Of a stretch of 64,000 bases of DNA, positions 45,825 to 55,587 are shown piece after piece; the first letter of the stretch is position 1; each line of letters opens with the position of its first letter. Position numbers and translations under genes: made by a program. The stretch lies in assembly GCA_016218625.1 (NCBI GenBank), contig JACRDL010000065.1:1521-65520 (forward strand). Reading direction: 5' to 3'. Origin of the DNA: Elusimicrobiota bacterium (lineage in GTDB: Bacteria > Elusimicrobiota > UBA8919). The notes beneath the pieces are model-generated. The model made no database searches and was not told the DNA's origin. It saw only the letters and a list, made by a program, of their open reading frames with translations.

Positions 45825-47047
45825 TTTATCAAATCAATTGCTTTTGTAGCGAGCGATAATGTAATGAAAAACCCTGTTAAGTCGGTAATTGTAGTAAGTA
45901 CTGGTCCTGTTGCGACGGCAGGATCAACTTTTATAAACTTCAAAAATAAAGGAATCATTATTCCGACGAAACCCGCTATGTAAATGCTGCAAAACATTGC
46001 AGCACCCGCAACAAGCCCGAAATACGGATTCCATTTCCACAGATATGCCAATAGGGCAACCTCAAGCCCCAAAACGATTCCGGTAATAAATCCGAGAAGC
46101 GACTGCCTTTTAAAAATCTTCCATAAATCTTTGATTGAAATTTTGCCTAATGCAAAACCGCGGACAATAAGAGTTAGCCCCTGAAAACCGGTGTTGCCGC
46201 TCATATCGGAAATAACAGGCATCAAGACAGCAATCGCTACAACCGCCTGAATTGTTCCCTGATAAATCGCCACGACGCTTACAGCGATTACATCTAAAAG
46301 CATATTAAATACAAGCCAAGGTAAACGCTTTTTTATCGCCAAAAAAAACGGTGCGTCAATTGAAAGATCATCGGAAGAAATACCGCTAATTCTAATCAAA
46401 TCTTCCGTCGCCTCTTGTCTTACGGCTCTTGAAACATCGTCGGCGGTGATAATGCCTAAAATACAGTTTTTTTCATCTACAACAGGTATGACAAGAAAAT
46501 TATATTTCTGAAAAAAATTCGCAGTTGCTTCTCTGTCCAATGTATGAGGGACGGAAATAACCGATTTTTTCAAAATATCTCTGATGACGGTCTGAGGCGG
46601 TTTTGTTATCAAATCCCGGAGTGAAAGAACACCCGATAAATGATTTTGGTCGTCAGTTACATAAATATAAAATGCGCGGTTTGTATCAGGCGAGTCCTTT
46701 CTTATTTTGTCTATGACAAATTCAATAGTAACATTTTGATTGAATGCCGAAAACTCAACCGCCATCATTCCGCCGGCAGTATCCTTGCCGTAAAGAAGAA
46801 GTTGCGAAACCTTTCTGGCTTTTTCCGTTTCTATGTTTTCAAGAATTTCCGCCTGTTCTGATTTCGGGAAAATTTCAAGAATGTCCACCAGTTCGTCGGA
46901 AGGCAGACCGTCTACTATATGTGCAATTTCGGAAGGTAAAACTTTTTTGAATATTTTTTTAATCTGCGAACTATCCGCAGACCGCAAAAAATCGCGCCTT
47001 TCCTGAATAGATAAATTTTTTAGATTTGTTATATTATAGTTTTGCAT
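45821..47047 (-). CDS. mgtE: Magnesium transporter MgtE
   Basis: MgtE-N, tandem CBS and a 5-TM C-terminal domain. 408 aa. Confidence 0.85.
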   Translation of the reverse strand: MQNYNITNLKNLSIQERRDFLRSADSSQIKKIFKKVLPSEIAHIVDGLPSDELVDILEIFPKSEQAEILENIETEKARKVSQLLLYGKDTAGGMMAVEFSAFNQNVTIEFVIDKIRKDSPDTNRAFYIYVTDDQNHLSGVLSLRDLITKPPQTVIRDILKKSVISVPHTLDREATANFFQKYNFLVIPVVDEKNCILGIITADDVSRAVRQEATEDLIRISGISSDDLSIDAPFFLAIKKRLPWLVFNMLLDVIAVSVVAIYQGTIQAVVAIAVLMPVISDMSGNTGFQGLTLIVRGFALGKISIKDLWKIFKRQSLLGFITGIVLGLEVALLAYLWKWNPYFGLVAGAAMFCSIYIAGFVGIMIPLFLKFIKVDPAVATGPVLTTITDLTGFFITLSLATKAIDLIK

Positions 47048-47191
47048 ATATCGAGATTGTAGAAAAATCTAACAATCTTTGATGACGGCGATAAAAACAC
47101 CGATGACAGCGATAAATCATCGTCGGTCATCGCTGTAATCTAATTCGTTAATCGCTGTAATCAAGACCGTTGAGGGATTTTTTCAACAGTG

Positions 47192-48493
47192 TCATTTTAT
47201 CAAAATTCCTGCAATTGTTGCCGTCATAAAACAGGCAAGCGAACCGGCAAGGACAGCCCAGAGACCGAGTTTTGCAAGGTCATGACGTCTGTTGTGAGCA
47301 AGCGCGCCGATACCGCCTATTTGAATCGCAATTGACAGAAAGTTAGAGAAACCGCAAAGGGCATATGTCACTATTATCATTGACCTTTCCGCTAACACGC
47401 CGGGATTCTCCTTGATGAATACCGCAAAATCAAAATATGCAACAAATTCATTGACAGCAGTTTTAACGCCCATCAGATTTCCGATTATAAAACAGTCCTT
47501 CCAAGGAACACCCATAATCCACGCCAACGGAGCAAAAATAAACCCGAATATTTTTTGAAGCGACAGCCCCGCAACACCAAATAAACCGCCCGTCCAGCCA
47601 ATTAGAAAATTCAACCTTGCAAGAAGTGACAGAAACGCAATAAGACAGCCGGCGACGTTCAGGGCAAGTTGAAGTCCTACTGTGGCGCCGTTTGCCGCAG
47701 CATCTATTATATTGGCATCCGTTTTTTCATAGTGGATTTTCACAATACCTGCGGTCTTGGACTCTTCCGTTTCTGGAAGAATTATTTTTGCCATAACCAA
47801 CGCGGCGGGCGCTGACATCACGGATGCCGTTAAAAGATGACCCGCTATACTCGGAAAATAATCTTTCAGCATCCCCACATATGCAGCCATAACTCCGCCT
47901 GCAACAGTTGCCATTCCGCCGGTCATCACTGCTAAAAGTTCCGACTTCGTCATAGTGGAAATAAATGGTCTTACCAGAAGTGGCGCTTCCGTTTGACCTA
48001 CAAAAATATTGGCGGAACAGGAAAGCGATTCGGCGCCGGATACATCCATAAATTTCGTCATAACTTTTGCGAAAGCAAGAACAATCAACTGCATCACGCC
48101 GAGATAATACATAACCGACATCAACGATGAAAAGAAAATTATAGTCGGCAAAACGGAAAAAGCAAAAAATGCTCCGCCGTAGGCGACCGCTTTTATAGTT
48201 GCGACAAAATTATAATTTTCCAAAACACCGACGGGAATATAATTTGCTACAAGATTACCGAATAAAAATCTCGCCCCATCTTCCGAGAATGAAAGCATTT
48301 TTACAATAACATCATTCATTTTTGAAAAAAACCATCTGCCCGGAGGAGATACCAGAACTATCAGAGCAAGAATTACCTGTAAGGTAATGCCGACGGCGAC
48401 CGTCTTCCAATTGATTTTTTTCCTGTTCATTGAAAAAAGCCAAGCAATTCCGACGAGCACAACCGTTCCTAAAACGCTAATCAATCTTTCCAT
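47192..48493 (-). CDS. nupC: Concentrative nucleoside transporter (NupC family)
   Basis: 433 aa polytopic protein with NupC-like N- and C-terminal conserved segments. Confidence 0.65.
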   Translation of the reverse strand: MERLISVLGTVVLVGIAWLFSMNRKKINWKTVAVGITLQVILALIVLVSPPGRWFFSKMNDVIVKMLSFSEDGARFLFGNLVANYIPVGVLENYNFVATIKAVAYGGAFFAFSVLPTIIFFSSLMSVMYYLGVMQLIVLAFAKVMTKFMDVSGAESLSCSANIFVGQTEAPLLVRPFISTMTKSELLAVMTGGMATVAGGVMAAYVGMLKDYFPSIAGHLLTASVMSAPAALVMAKIILPETEESKTAGIVKIHYEKTDANIIDAAANGATVGLQLALNVAGCLIAFLSLLARLNFLIGWTGGLFGVAGLSLQKIFGFIFAPLAWIMGVPWKDCFIIGNLMGVKTAVNEFVAYFDFAVFIKENPGVLAERSMIIVTYALCGFSNFLSIAIQIGGIGALAHNRRHDLAKLGLWAVLAGSLACFMTATIAGILIK

Positions 48494-48506
48494 TTCCCCC
48501 CCATTA

Positions 48507-48552
48507 TTTCAATATTTCACAATTTCACAATTCTATAAAAGTGAAATGCAGA
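48507..48552. repeat. Inverted heptamer array [atttcac]x2 … gtgaaat between nupC and the ICMT-family gene
   Basis: The same 7-mer (gtgaaat) is tandemly repeated inside the hydrogenase-protease CDS at 8521-8552. Confidence 0.55.
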
Positions 48553-49171
48553 ATTTCCATAAATTATGTTCATAGATATAAATTAACGGCAGCAAAACTA
48601 AAATAAAAAGCAGTAAATTTGTTTCATTTTTGAACACTTTGTTCCAGTTAAAAGGTCTTTCCGGTTTTCTGAAGTTTTTTATTCTCGGAAAAAACGCGGG
48701 AACGGATTTTTTATAATCATTGTATGCCGCACCGAACTTATTTGACAGATATGATTCCTCAGCTTTTATTATGAAAAAATACTCAACTGCAAAAAACCCA
48801 ACGATAACTACGAAAAAATATATTTCCCACCACATTATCGCTAATCCAAGCCACATTAAAAAATTTGCGAGATAAAGCGGGTTTCTGCAAACCTGATACA
48901 TCCCGTCGGTAACGACCTCTTTTACATCTATGTTGGTCCCACGGCCGCTTGTTCCCGGTTTTTTGTATCCGATAACAAGAACTCTAACATAAAAACCGAA
49001 CAATGCGAGAATAAAACCGAAAATATCAAAAAAGGCATCTGTAATTTTTGAGTCAAACGATATTTGCGGTTTTGTAAAAATTATTAGGAACAGCAAAACC
49101 GGAACAAAAAAATAACTTCTGTATTTGAAAAAGATATTACCTACGATAACCGTCAGATTTTGTTTTTCCAT
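48533..49171 (-). CDS. Membrane methyltransferase of the ICMT/PEMT family
   Basis: RNPLYLANFL…EE..L…FG..Y..Y motif pattern. 212 aa, 4-5 TM. Confidence 0.6.
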   Translation of the reverse strand: MEKQNLTVIVGNIFFKYRSYFFVPVLLFLIIFTKPQISFDSKITDAFFDIFGFILALFGFYVRVLVIGYKKPGTSGRGTNIDVKEVVTDGMYQVCRNPLYLANFLMWLGLAIMWWEIYFFVVIVGFFAVEYFFIIKAEESYLSNKFGAAYNDYKKSVPAFFPRIKNFRKPERPFNWNKVFKNETNLLLFILVLLPLIYIYEHNLWKFCISLL

Positions 49172-49205
49172 ATCAAGAATTTATTATATTATAGAAAATT
49201 TATAT

Positions 49206-50048
49206 TCACAACACAACACTTTTTTTTCTCAATGCATGGCATTGTATATTTACCGCAACCGGAAGCGATGTAATGTGAGTAGGTGCATCGCTAATCAAAA
49301 CAGCAAGAGCCGTTGTTCCGCCGCCGAGTGCCATCGGGCCCAATCCCGTCTTATTTATATCGGCAAGAATTTCTTTCTCCAATTTTTGGTAAATTTTTTT
49401 AGGATTTTTAGAATCTAATCCTCTCAAAAGTGCCTTTTTGGCAAGAAGTCCGACGGTCTCAAAAGTTCCCCCGAGTCCTACGCCGACTACAACCGGCGGA
49501 CAGGCGTTTGCGCCGGCAGTTTTTACCGTTTCAACTATAAAATTTTTTATATCCTTAACCGTTGTAGAAGGAGCGAACATTTTCAAAGCCGACATATTTT
49601 CCGCACCGCCGCCTTTGGCGAGAATAGAAATTTTTAATTTGCTTCCATGAACAATTTTCGTGTGTATTATGGCGGGCGTATTGTCGCCGGTATTTTTTCT
49701 TTCAAGCGGGTCGGCGACAATTGAGTTCCTCAAATATCCTTTTTTATACGCCCGTCTCACGCCTTCGTTGACCGCATCTGCTAAATTTCCGCCGACTATT
49801 TGAACACCCTGCCCGACTTCCAAAAAAACAACCGCAGTGCCGGTGTCCTGACAAAGCGGGATTTTTTCCTGGCGGGCAATATTTTCATTTTTGAGGATTT
49901 GCTCAAAAATCATTTTTGCGCGAGGATTTCTTTCCTTGTTGCATGCAATTTTTATTTTTTTCAAAACATCACGAGGAATTGAAAAATTCACATCAAGCAG
50001 AAGAGTTTCCACAGTTTCAGTAATTTTGCGAGTAGATATTCTACGCAT
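49206..50048 (-). CDS. Fe-S hydro-lyase alpha subunit (class I fumarase / L(+)-tartrate dehydratase alpha type)
   Basis: CQDTGTAV motif. 280 aa. No beta subunit is adjacent. Confidence 0.7.
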   Translation of the reverse strand: MRRISTRKITETVETLLLDVNFSIPRDVLKKIKIACNKERNPRAKMIFEQILKNENIARQEKIPLCQDTGTAVVFLEVGQGVQIVGGNLADAVNEGVRRAYKKGYLRNSIVADPLERKNTGDNTPAIIHTKIVHGSKLKISILAKGGGAENMSALKMFAPSTTVKDIKNFIVETVKTAGANACPPVVVGVGLGGTFETVGLLAKKALLRGLDSKNPKKIYQKLEKEILADINKTGLGPMALGGGTTALAVLISDAPTHITSLPVAVNIQCHALRKKSVVL

Positions 50049-51546
50049 TCAGATATTCCTCATTAAATATATTTCCCCTGTTGAGAATGCCTTTCGGGTC
50101 AAGCACTTTTTTTACTTCCGCCATCTGTTTCAGTCCTTTTTTCCCGTACATAACTTCCAGATACTGATGTTTGATTTTTCCGATTCCGTGTTCCGCAGAG
50201 ACGGTGCCTCCCAGCAATACCGCCTTTGCGGCAAAATCCAGATGAAGTTCTTTGGCTTTAAGAAACTCTTCATTATTCCTCGGAAGAATGTTCATATGGA
50301 GATGATTTTCGCCGATATGACCGAATATAGTGTTTTGCAATTTCATCGGCTCAAGTTTTGATTTATAATACGAAATCATTTCTAAAAAATTTTCAGCCGG
50401 CACTGCAATGTCAGCGGAAATTTTGTGAATTGCCGGATATTTTTGTTTTGTCCTGGCAAGTGTCTCGTTTATGGTCTCTGGAATGGAGTGCCTTATTTGT
50501 CTTATTTTTTCAATCTCTTTTTTTTCAAAACCGCCCCATGTATTATCCATTGAGGAGTTGTTTTTTTTAAGAAGTTCTTCTATTGCCAACATAGTATTTC
50601 CCAAATTATCGTCGGTATATTCAATTTCAAAAAAAATTGCGGCATTTTTATCTGGAGGCAAATCAGCCATTTTGGGTCTTAAAAGTTCAAACGCACCTTT
50701 GTCAAAATATTCAAAAACGACTGCCGATGTAAGCATTTGCTTACATTCAAAAAAGAAATTCATTGCATTTTGTTCTTGTGGAAAAAAAGCAAGCAATGTC
50801 ATTATATTTTCCGGTTTTTTTGTTAATGCGAGTTCTACTTCGGTTATCACTCCGAGTGTTCCCTCGCTGCCGATAAATAAATCTATTAAGTCCATATTTT
50901 TTTTCGCGTAATAACCCGCTGCATTCTTAACGGAAGGCATTTTGTATTGAGGAATTTTTATTTTTTTGATACTTCCGTCCGGTAATTTTATTTCCAAATC
51001 ATAACCGTTTGCGAAAATCTTTCCTCTTTCAATTGATAAAACATTGCCGTCAGACAAAACAACCCGCAAAGACCGGACCCAGTTTCTGGTCGGGCCGTAT
51101 TTGAAACTTCTTTCCCCGGAAGCATTTGTAGAAACGGTTCCGCCGATTTTTGCGGTTGATTCGGTAACATCAACGGGATAAAAATATTTTTCACCGGAAA
51201 AATTTTCGTTTTCCAAAAATTTATAAAACTGGTCAAGCGATACCCCGCTTTCAAGACGGACGCGGTATTCGCCGATGCTCTTTTTCACGCCGAAAATTTT
51301 ATTAAATTTTTCAAGCGACATCAAAGCGCCGGAAACAGGTACCGCGCCGCCGACGACGCCCGTTTTGCCGTTGGAAATTGTAACGGGCATATTTTTATCG
51401 CGGCAGAATTTCAGAAATTCGCAAACATCTCCTTCATTTTCGGGAAAAGCCAGATATTTCACATCCCCGAATGAAAGTTTTGATTCGTCCTGCAAATATG
51501 TTGAAAATCCCGAAATAATGTTTTCTTTTCCTTCAATAATTCTCAT
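50041..51546 (-). CDS. FAD-linked oxidase (GlcD / D-lactate dehydrogenase-like)
   Basis: FAD-binding PCMH domain plus a C-terminal oxidase domain. 501 aa. Confidence 0.75.
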   Translation of the reverse strand: MRIIEGKENIISGFSTYLQDESKLSFGDVKYLAFPENEGDVCEFLKFCRDKNMPVTISNGKTGVVGGAVPVSGALMSLEKFNKIFGVKKSIGEYRVRLESGVSLDQFYKFLENENFSGEKYFYPVDVTESTAKIGGTVSTNASGERSFKYGPTRNWVRSLRVVLSDGNVLSIERGKIFANGYDLEIKLPDGSIKKIKIPQYKMPSVKNAAGYYAKKNMDLIDLFIGSEGTLGVITEVELALTKKPENIMTLLAFFPQEQNAMNFFFECKQMLTSAVVFEYFDKGAFELLRPKMADLPPDKNAAIFFEIEYTDDNLGNTMLAIEELLKKNNSSMDNTWGGFEKKEIEKIRQIRHSIPETINETLARTKQKYPAIHKISADIAVPAENFLEMISYYKSKLEPMKLQNTIFGHIGENHLHMNILPRNNEEFLKAKELHLDFAAKAVLLGGTVSAEHGIGKIKHQYLEVMYGKKGLKQMAEVKKVLDPKGILNRGNIFNEEYLNA

Positions 51547-51556
51547 AAAGGTTTTA

Positions 51557-51600
51557 CCCTGTTAGAAGTATCGTAGCACGATGTGCCACTTCTAACAGGG
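51557..51600. repeat. Repeat family D palindrome (ccctgttagaagtatcgtagcacgatgtgccacttctaacaggg) filling the whole larA / FAD-oxidase intergenic gap
   Basis: Perfect 12-bp arms. The right arm encodes the last two codons and stop of larA. Related copies are at 62737-62780, 40663-40706 and 24460-24485. Confidence 0.85.
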
Positions 51601-52983
51601 TTTTATCAAAAAATTAGGATTATCTACCACTGCAACCGTTTTATCGCCGAGATGTTTTTCAAGCCATAATTTTAACCGTTTTTCAACCGGGTCGGATTCA
51701 TTACCCCAAAAAACAAAGGGCAAAAATCCGTAATCTTCTTCGGGTATCCCGTCCTGAATTATATGTAAATTTCCCCACCCGACGAAATGCAATATCTGAA
51801 AAAGGTCAACCGGCTTTTGCTTGCCTATCTTAAAATCTTTTTTAACGACATTTATCACGCGAACCATCGCTTTTTTTATTCCTTCCGATTTTTCGTCATA
51901 TTTATTGAGTTCGCCCATCCCTACTTTCATAAGATTTTTGAATTCTTCATTGCCCCATCCCTGATTGCACGGTGCGACATTAAGGACGATTCCACCTTTT
52001 TTAACGGCGTGATATGCACAGTGAGTCGCCTTGCCCATCTGGTAAAGATTTACCCCCCAGTGACCGGCGCCGGATATAACAATATCCGCACGCTCTTTTA
52101 TATTTACCGTCCAGACATTTTTAAGAATTTTCGCTGCCCTAAGATGGCTTTCAAATGTCTCGCCGCCTTTTAAGTAAACCAAATCACCGGCGGTATCAAT
52201 TATTGAAGTTATTGTATAGACCTCCCTTTTATTTTTTTTCAGCGTTTCAATAATTGCTTTTACGATTTTTTTCTTCGTCTCAAAAACCGGGTTGCCTTCT
52301 ATATTTCCCAAATCAACATTGTGAGCGAAACCGCACTCGCCGAACATTTTTAAGTGCTCGTAGGTAATTGTGTCAATATCGCATACCCCGGGACATAATG
52401 CCTTAGGACCCCCTGCGATACCGGCAAAATAATGGTTTTCTACATCGGTCAGCGGAATTACAATATCGGAATTAAAAACTGTCTCGTTGATTTTTACCGT
52501 TAAGCCGTCAATTTTACCCGCCTCAACATTATTTTCCCTGCATTTGTGAATTACAAAATTCACCCTGCCGAACATTTGTCCGCCCAAAATATTTTTAAGT
52601 TCTTCGTCGGTGGACGGACGATGCGTGCCGGTTGCGATGACGACTTTTATTTTAGTAAGTGGTAAGTGGTAAGTAGTAAGTAGTAAGTCAACTAAAACAG
52701 GTAAAAGAATCCGTGTGTGGATGTTCGGTCTGTCGTGGTCGTCAACTATTATTGACAAATCTCCGCCGGCATAATTTTCTTTTATAAGAATACTTAAAGG
52801 TTTCTGATTGCCGACCGGTTTTTCAAGCGCATCAAAAAGGTTTTGCCAGACATTTTTAATAACAGGAAGTTTTTTAGGAACAACCAAAGGCAGGAATTGC
52901 CCGTTATCAATAACTTTTTGCGGAATGAAATCTGACAGGGTCTTTTCGCCGTAATGAAGAACGACATCTTTTGATTTAAGCAT
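51592..52983 (-). CDS. larA: Lactate racemase-like nickel-pincer enzyme (LarA/DUF2088 family)
   Basis: 463 aa with LarA-like organisation. Contains an in-frame gtaagt(g/a) heptamer-array insertion (LLLTTYHLPLT). Confidence 0.55.
   Translation of the reverse strand: MLKSKDVVLHYGEKTLSDFIPQKVIDNGQFLPLVVPKKLPVIKNVWQNLFDALEKPVGNQKPLSILIKENYAGGDLSIIVDDHDRPNIHTRILLPVLVDLLLTTYHLPLTKIKVVIATGTHRPSTDEELKNILGGQMFGRVNFVIHKCRENNVEAGKIDGLTVKINETVFNSDIVIPLTDVENHYFAGIAGGPKALCPGVCDIDTITYEHLKMFGECGFAHNVDLGNIEGNPVFETKKKIVKAIIETLKKNKREVYTITSIIDTAGDLVYLKGGETFESHLRAAKILKNVWTVNIKERADIVISGAGHWGVNLYQMGKATHCAYHAVKKGGIVLNVAPCNQGWGNEEFKNLMKVGMGELNKYDEKSEGIKKAMVRVINVVKKDFKIGKQKPVDLFQILHFVGWGNLHIIQDGIPEEDYGFLPFVFWGNESDPVEKRLKLWLEKHLGDKTVAVVDNPNFLIKPC
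52655..52689. repeat. Intragenic tandem heptamer array (gtaagt[g/a] x5), in-frame in larA
   Basis: Encodes LLLTTYHLPLT. Confidence 0.75.
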
Positions 52984-52985
52984 TT

Positions 52986-54344
52986 TTATAATTTCTTTAT
53001 TCTTTCCCAGAACTTTGCCGAAAGTTCGCGGGATTTCTGACAGATAAACTCTTCGTTGATATTTTCAAGTTTTTTGTCTTTCATAAGAGTTTTACCATTG
53101 CAAATTGTAGTGTCCACCGTCGCATCCACTATTCCGAAAATCAAGTGTCCCAGAAAATTATCTTTTGACAAAGGAGTCGGCGGAATATAGTCAAGAACTA
53201 TCAAATCGGCGGGAGAACCCACTTCAATTTTTCCCACAGGCGCGCCTGTTTTTTTTCCGAAAATTTTTTCGGCGATTTTTGAATTATTCTGCAAAAGCAT
53301 TTCCGGGGCTTCGCAGAAAGCAACCCGCGGGTCTTTTTTATTATGACGGTGAATCAAATATGCGCATCTCATCTGCGAAAGCATATCCGACGACATCCCG
53401 TCCGTGCCGAGTCCGACGGTAATGCCTTTTTTCATCATAGTAAGGACGTCCGCACAGCCAACCGCATTGTTCATATTGCTTTCGGGATTGTGCACCGCAT
53501 TAGTTTTTGTTTCATTCATTATTTCCATTTCTTTTTCGTCTATGTGAATGCAGTGAATGAGCATTGTCTTTTCACCGAGGGCTCCGAATTTTTTCAATCG
53601 CTCAACAATCCGCATTTTATATTTTTCGACGGAGTCATTCTCATCTGCCAAATCCTCGGCGCAATGGATGTGCATTCCGACATTGTATTTTTTTGCCAAA
53701 GCGGCGTGTGATTCCAATGTGTCATTATTGACGGTAAACGGAGCGTGAAGTCCGACCATACCAGTAACGAGGGACGGGGGACGAGAGACGAGGGACGAGA
53801 GAAAGCGTTCATTCTCTTTAAGTCCTTCGCCGCCCTTACCATAACGGTCTGAAGTCCCGAAACATAAACAGGCACGAATGCCGATTTTTTCAACCGCTTT
53901 TTGAATCTCATCAAGCGAACCAACCTGAAATTCCTGCGATTCGTGATGATCAATAATTGTTGTTGTGCCGTTCTTCACGCATTCAATCAAAGGGATTAAC
54001 GAGGAATAATAAATGTCCTCCGCCGTCAGAACCCTGTCAAGTTTCCACCAAAGTTTCTCAAGAACTTCCACAAAGTTTTTCGCAGGGGTCCCCGGAATAT
54101 ACATCCCGCGGGCGAAAGTGGAATACAAATGGTGGTGCGTGTTGATAAATCCCGGAAGAATTATTTTTTTCTTGGCGTCAATAATTTTTAATTGAATTTT
54201 ATCTTCTGAAACTCTGAAAACTTTTGCTCTTACTTCATCCGTATTTCCCACATCTTTTATTACTCCGTCCTCAAACAACACCCCACCGTTTTCAATAACT
54301 TCCGACGGTGTAATCACCGTACCGTTACACAATAAAGTCAACAT
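52986..54344 (-). CDS. Amidohydrolase (SsnA / chlorohydrolase-aminohydrolase family)
   Basis: PGFINTHHHLY metal-binding motif. 452 aa. Contains an in-frame heptamer-like insertion (SLVSRPPSLVTG). Confidence 0.7.
   Translation of the reverse strand: MLTLLCNGTVITPSEVIENGGVLFEDGVIKDVGNTDEVRAKVFRVSEDKIQLKIIDAKKKIILPGFINTHHHLYSTFARGMYIPGTPAKNFVEVLEKLWWKLDRVLTAEDIYYSSLIPLIECVKNGTTTIIDHHESQEFQVGSLDEIQKAVEKIGIRACLCFGTSDRYGKGGEGLKENERFLSSLVSRPPSLVTGMVGLHAPFTVNNDTLESHAALAKKYNVGMHIHCAEDLADENDSVEKYKMRIVERLKKFGALGEKTMLIHCIHIDEKEMEIMNETKTNAVHNPESNMNNAVGCADVLTMMKKGITVGLGTDGMSSDMLSQMRCAYLIHRHNKKDPRVAFCEAPEMLLQNNSKIAEKIFGKKTGAPVGKIEVGSPADLIVLDYIPPTPLSKDNFLGHLIFGIVDATVDTTICNGKTLMKDKKLENINEEFICQKSRELSAKFWERIKKL
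53767..53805. repeat. Intragenic GA-rich tandem heptamer-like array (gagggac/gagagac), in-frame in the amidohydrolase
   Basis: Encodes SLVSRPPSLVTG. Confidence 0.6.
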
Positions 54345-54406
54345 TCAAACCTCCATAGTGAGAAATTGAACCTGTCCCCTTTTTTTCTCTTTTTTTCCCT
54401 TTTTTT

Positions 54407-54925
54407 TCAGATTTTATTTCGTAAGAAACCTTTTATTTGCTTGGGCGGGGGTTGGGGCAAAACTAACATCTGGTTAAGCAATTTGAAAATGTATTTTATC
54501 CGTGCATCGTGTTCTTCAATTTTTTTCTGTAAGTCCTTGTGTGTTGCTAAAATCTTACGCAGTTTAGTAAAGACACGCATGATTTGGATATTTATTTCTA
54601 TCGCCCTGTCGCTATTTAATACTGATGAAAGCATAAGAACGCCGTGCTCTGTAAATGCATATGGTAAATGCCCGCCGAAATACTTTTTATGTGGTATCAC
54701 ATTTTGTGATACCACCTGTTCGGCTTCGGATTCGTTGAGTTGAAACATAAAATCATTAGGAAATCTTTTGATATTACGGTTAACAGATTGAACAAGTGTC
54801 CTCGTCTCAACCCCGTATAATTCTGCTAAATGAAAACTTAACATCACTTTTTGACCTCTGATGAGCAAAATTTTACTTTCAATTCTTTCCAGCGGAATAC
54901 TGACAATTAAATTTTTCTTTTTCAT
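54407..54925 (-). CDS. ORF6N-domain protein (phage/mobile-element-associated DNA-binding family)
   Basis: LAELYGVETRTLVQSVNRNIKRFPNDFMFQL…PYAFTEHGVLMLSSVL matches the ORF6N/KilA-N-like domain pattern as I remember it. Confidence 0.55.
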   Translation of the reverse strand: MKKKNLIVSIPLERIESKILLIRGQKVMLSFHLAELYGVETRTLVQSVNRNIKRFPNDFMFQLNESEAEQVVSQNVIPHKKYFGGHLPYAFTEHGVLMLSSVLNSDRAIEINIQIMRVFTKLRKILATHKDLQKKIEEHDARIKYIFKLLNQMLVLPQPPPKQIKGFLRNKI

Positions 54926-55047
54926 AATAATTTTATTTTACCTCTTTGAAATAAAAAATCAATGAAGAAATCGGAACTGTCTATTTTTTCTTGTTTTTTC
55001 TGAGTCAACCATTTTCAACTCCATATCCTGACACGCTTTGAGAGAAA

Positions 55048-55407
55048 TCAGCGATTGCTAATATTCCTCATCTCAAGCATTGGCATAAACAAAGCTATCA
55101 CTGTTACAAGAAGCAGCAATCCTATTATCACTGCCGAAATCCTCACAAAATTTATGATTCTGCTATTTTTCCCTATAACTATATAAAAATAAATTACACT
55201 TATTGGCAATAAAATCACAAACCACATTTTAGATAAATACAATATGCCTTTGGTGATTTGCGGTAAATCAACTCCTAAACTATCAAATATTTCTTTAAAC
55301 ACAGGGACGACAACAATGAAAATAAAAGAGCAAACTATTATTCCCGAGAGTAAACACAATTTAGGATCTGCTAATTTAGACATATTATTTTTAATAAATT
55401 TTATCAT
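55048..55407 (-). CDS. GspF/PilC-like fragment (single T2SS-F domain), possibly a gene remnant
   Basis: 119 aa. PVFKEIFDSLGVDLPQITKGIL resembles the conserved T2SSF repeat. It is only about one third the length of PilC/GspF. Confidence 0.35.
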   Translation of the reverse strand: MIKFIKNNMSKLADPKLCLLSGIIVCSFIFIVVVPVFKEIFDSLGVDLPQITKGILYLSKMWFVILLPISVIYFYIVIGKNSRIINFVRISAVIIGLLLLVTVIALFMPMLEMRNISNR

Positions 55408-55587
55408 CTGATTTCCTTCATGCGAGAAAATTGGGACGCTTTATTTTTTCTATTTGTCTATGTTTTCAATGGTTTTTAAAAGGCTTCTGCCTACGACTTG
55501 AGAAATCAGGCAAAATTCCAAAAACAACTAATAATTGCAAAAACCTAAATTTTATTGCTGCGGGCTTTTTTCGTTTTTCTTTAACCG

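Noticed and set aside
47048-47191. M-box (Mg2+) riboswitch upstream of mgtE
   Set aside because: The gap is only 144 nt and lacks recognisable M-box conserved segments. I keep it only as a low-interest regulatory candidate.
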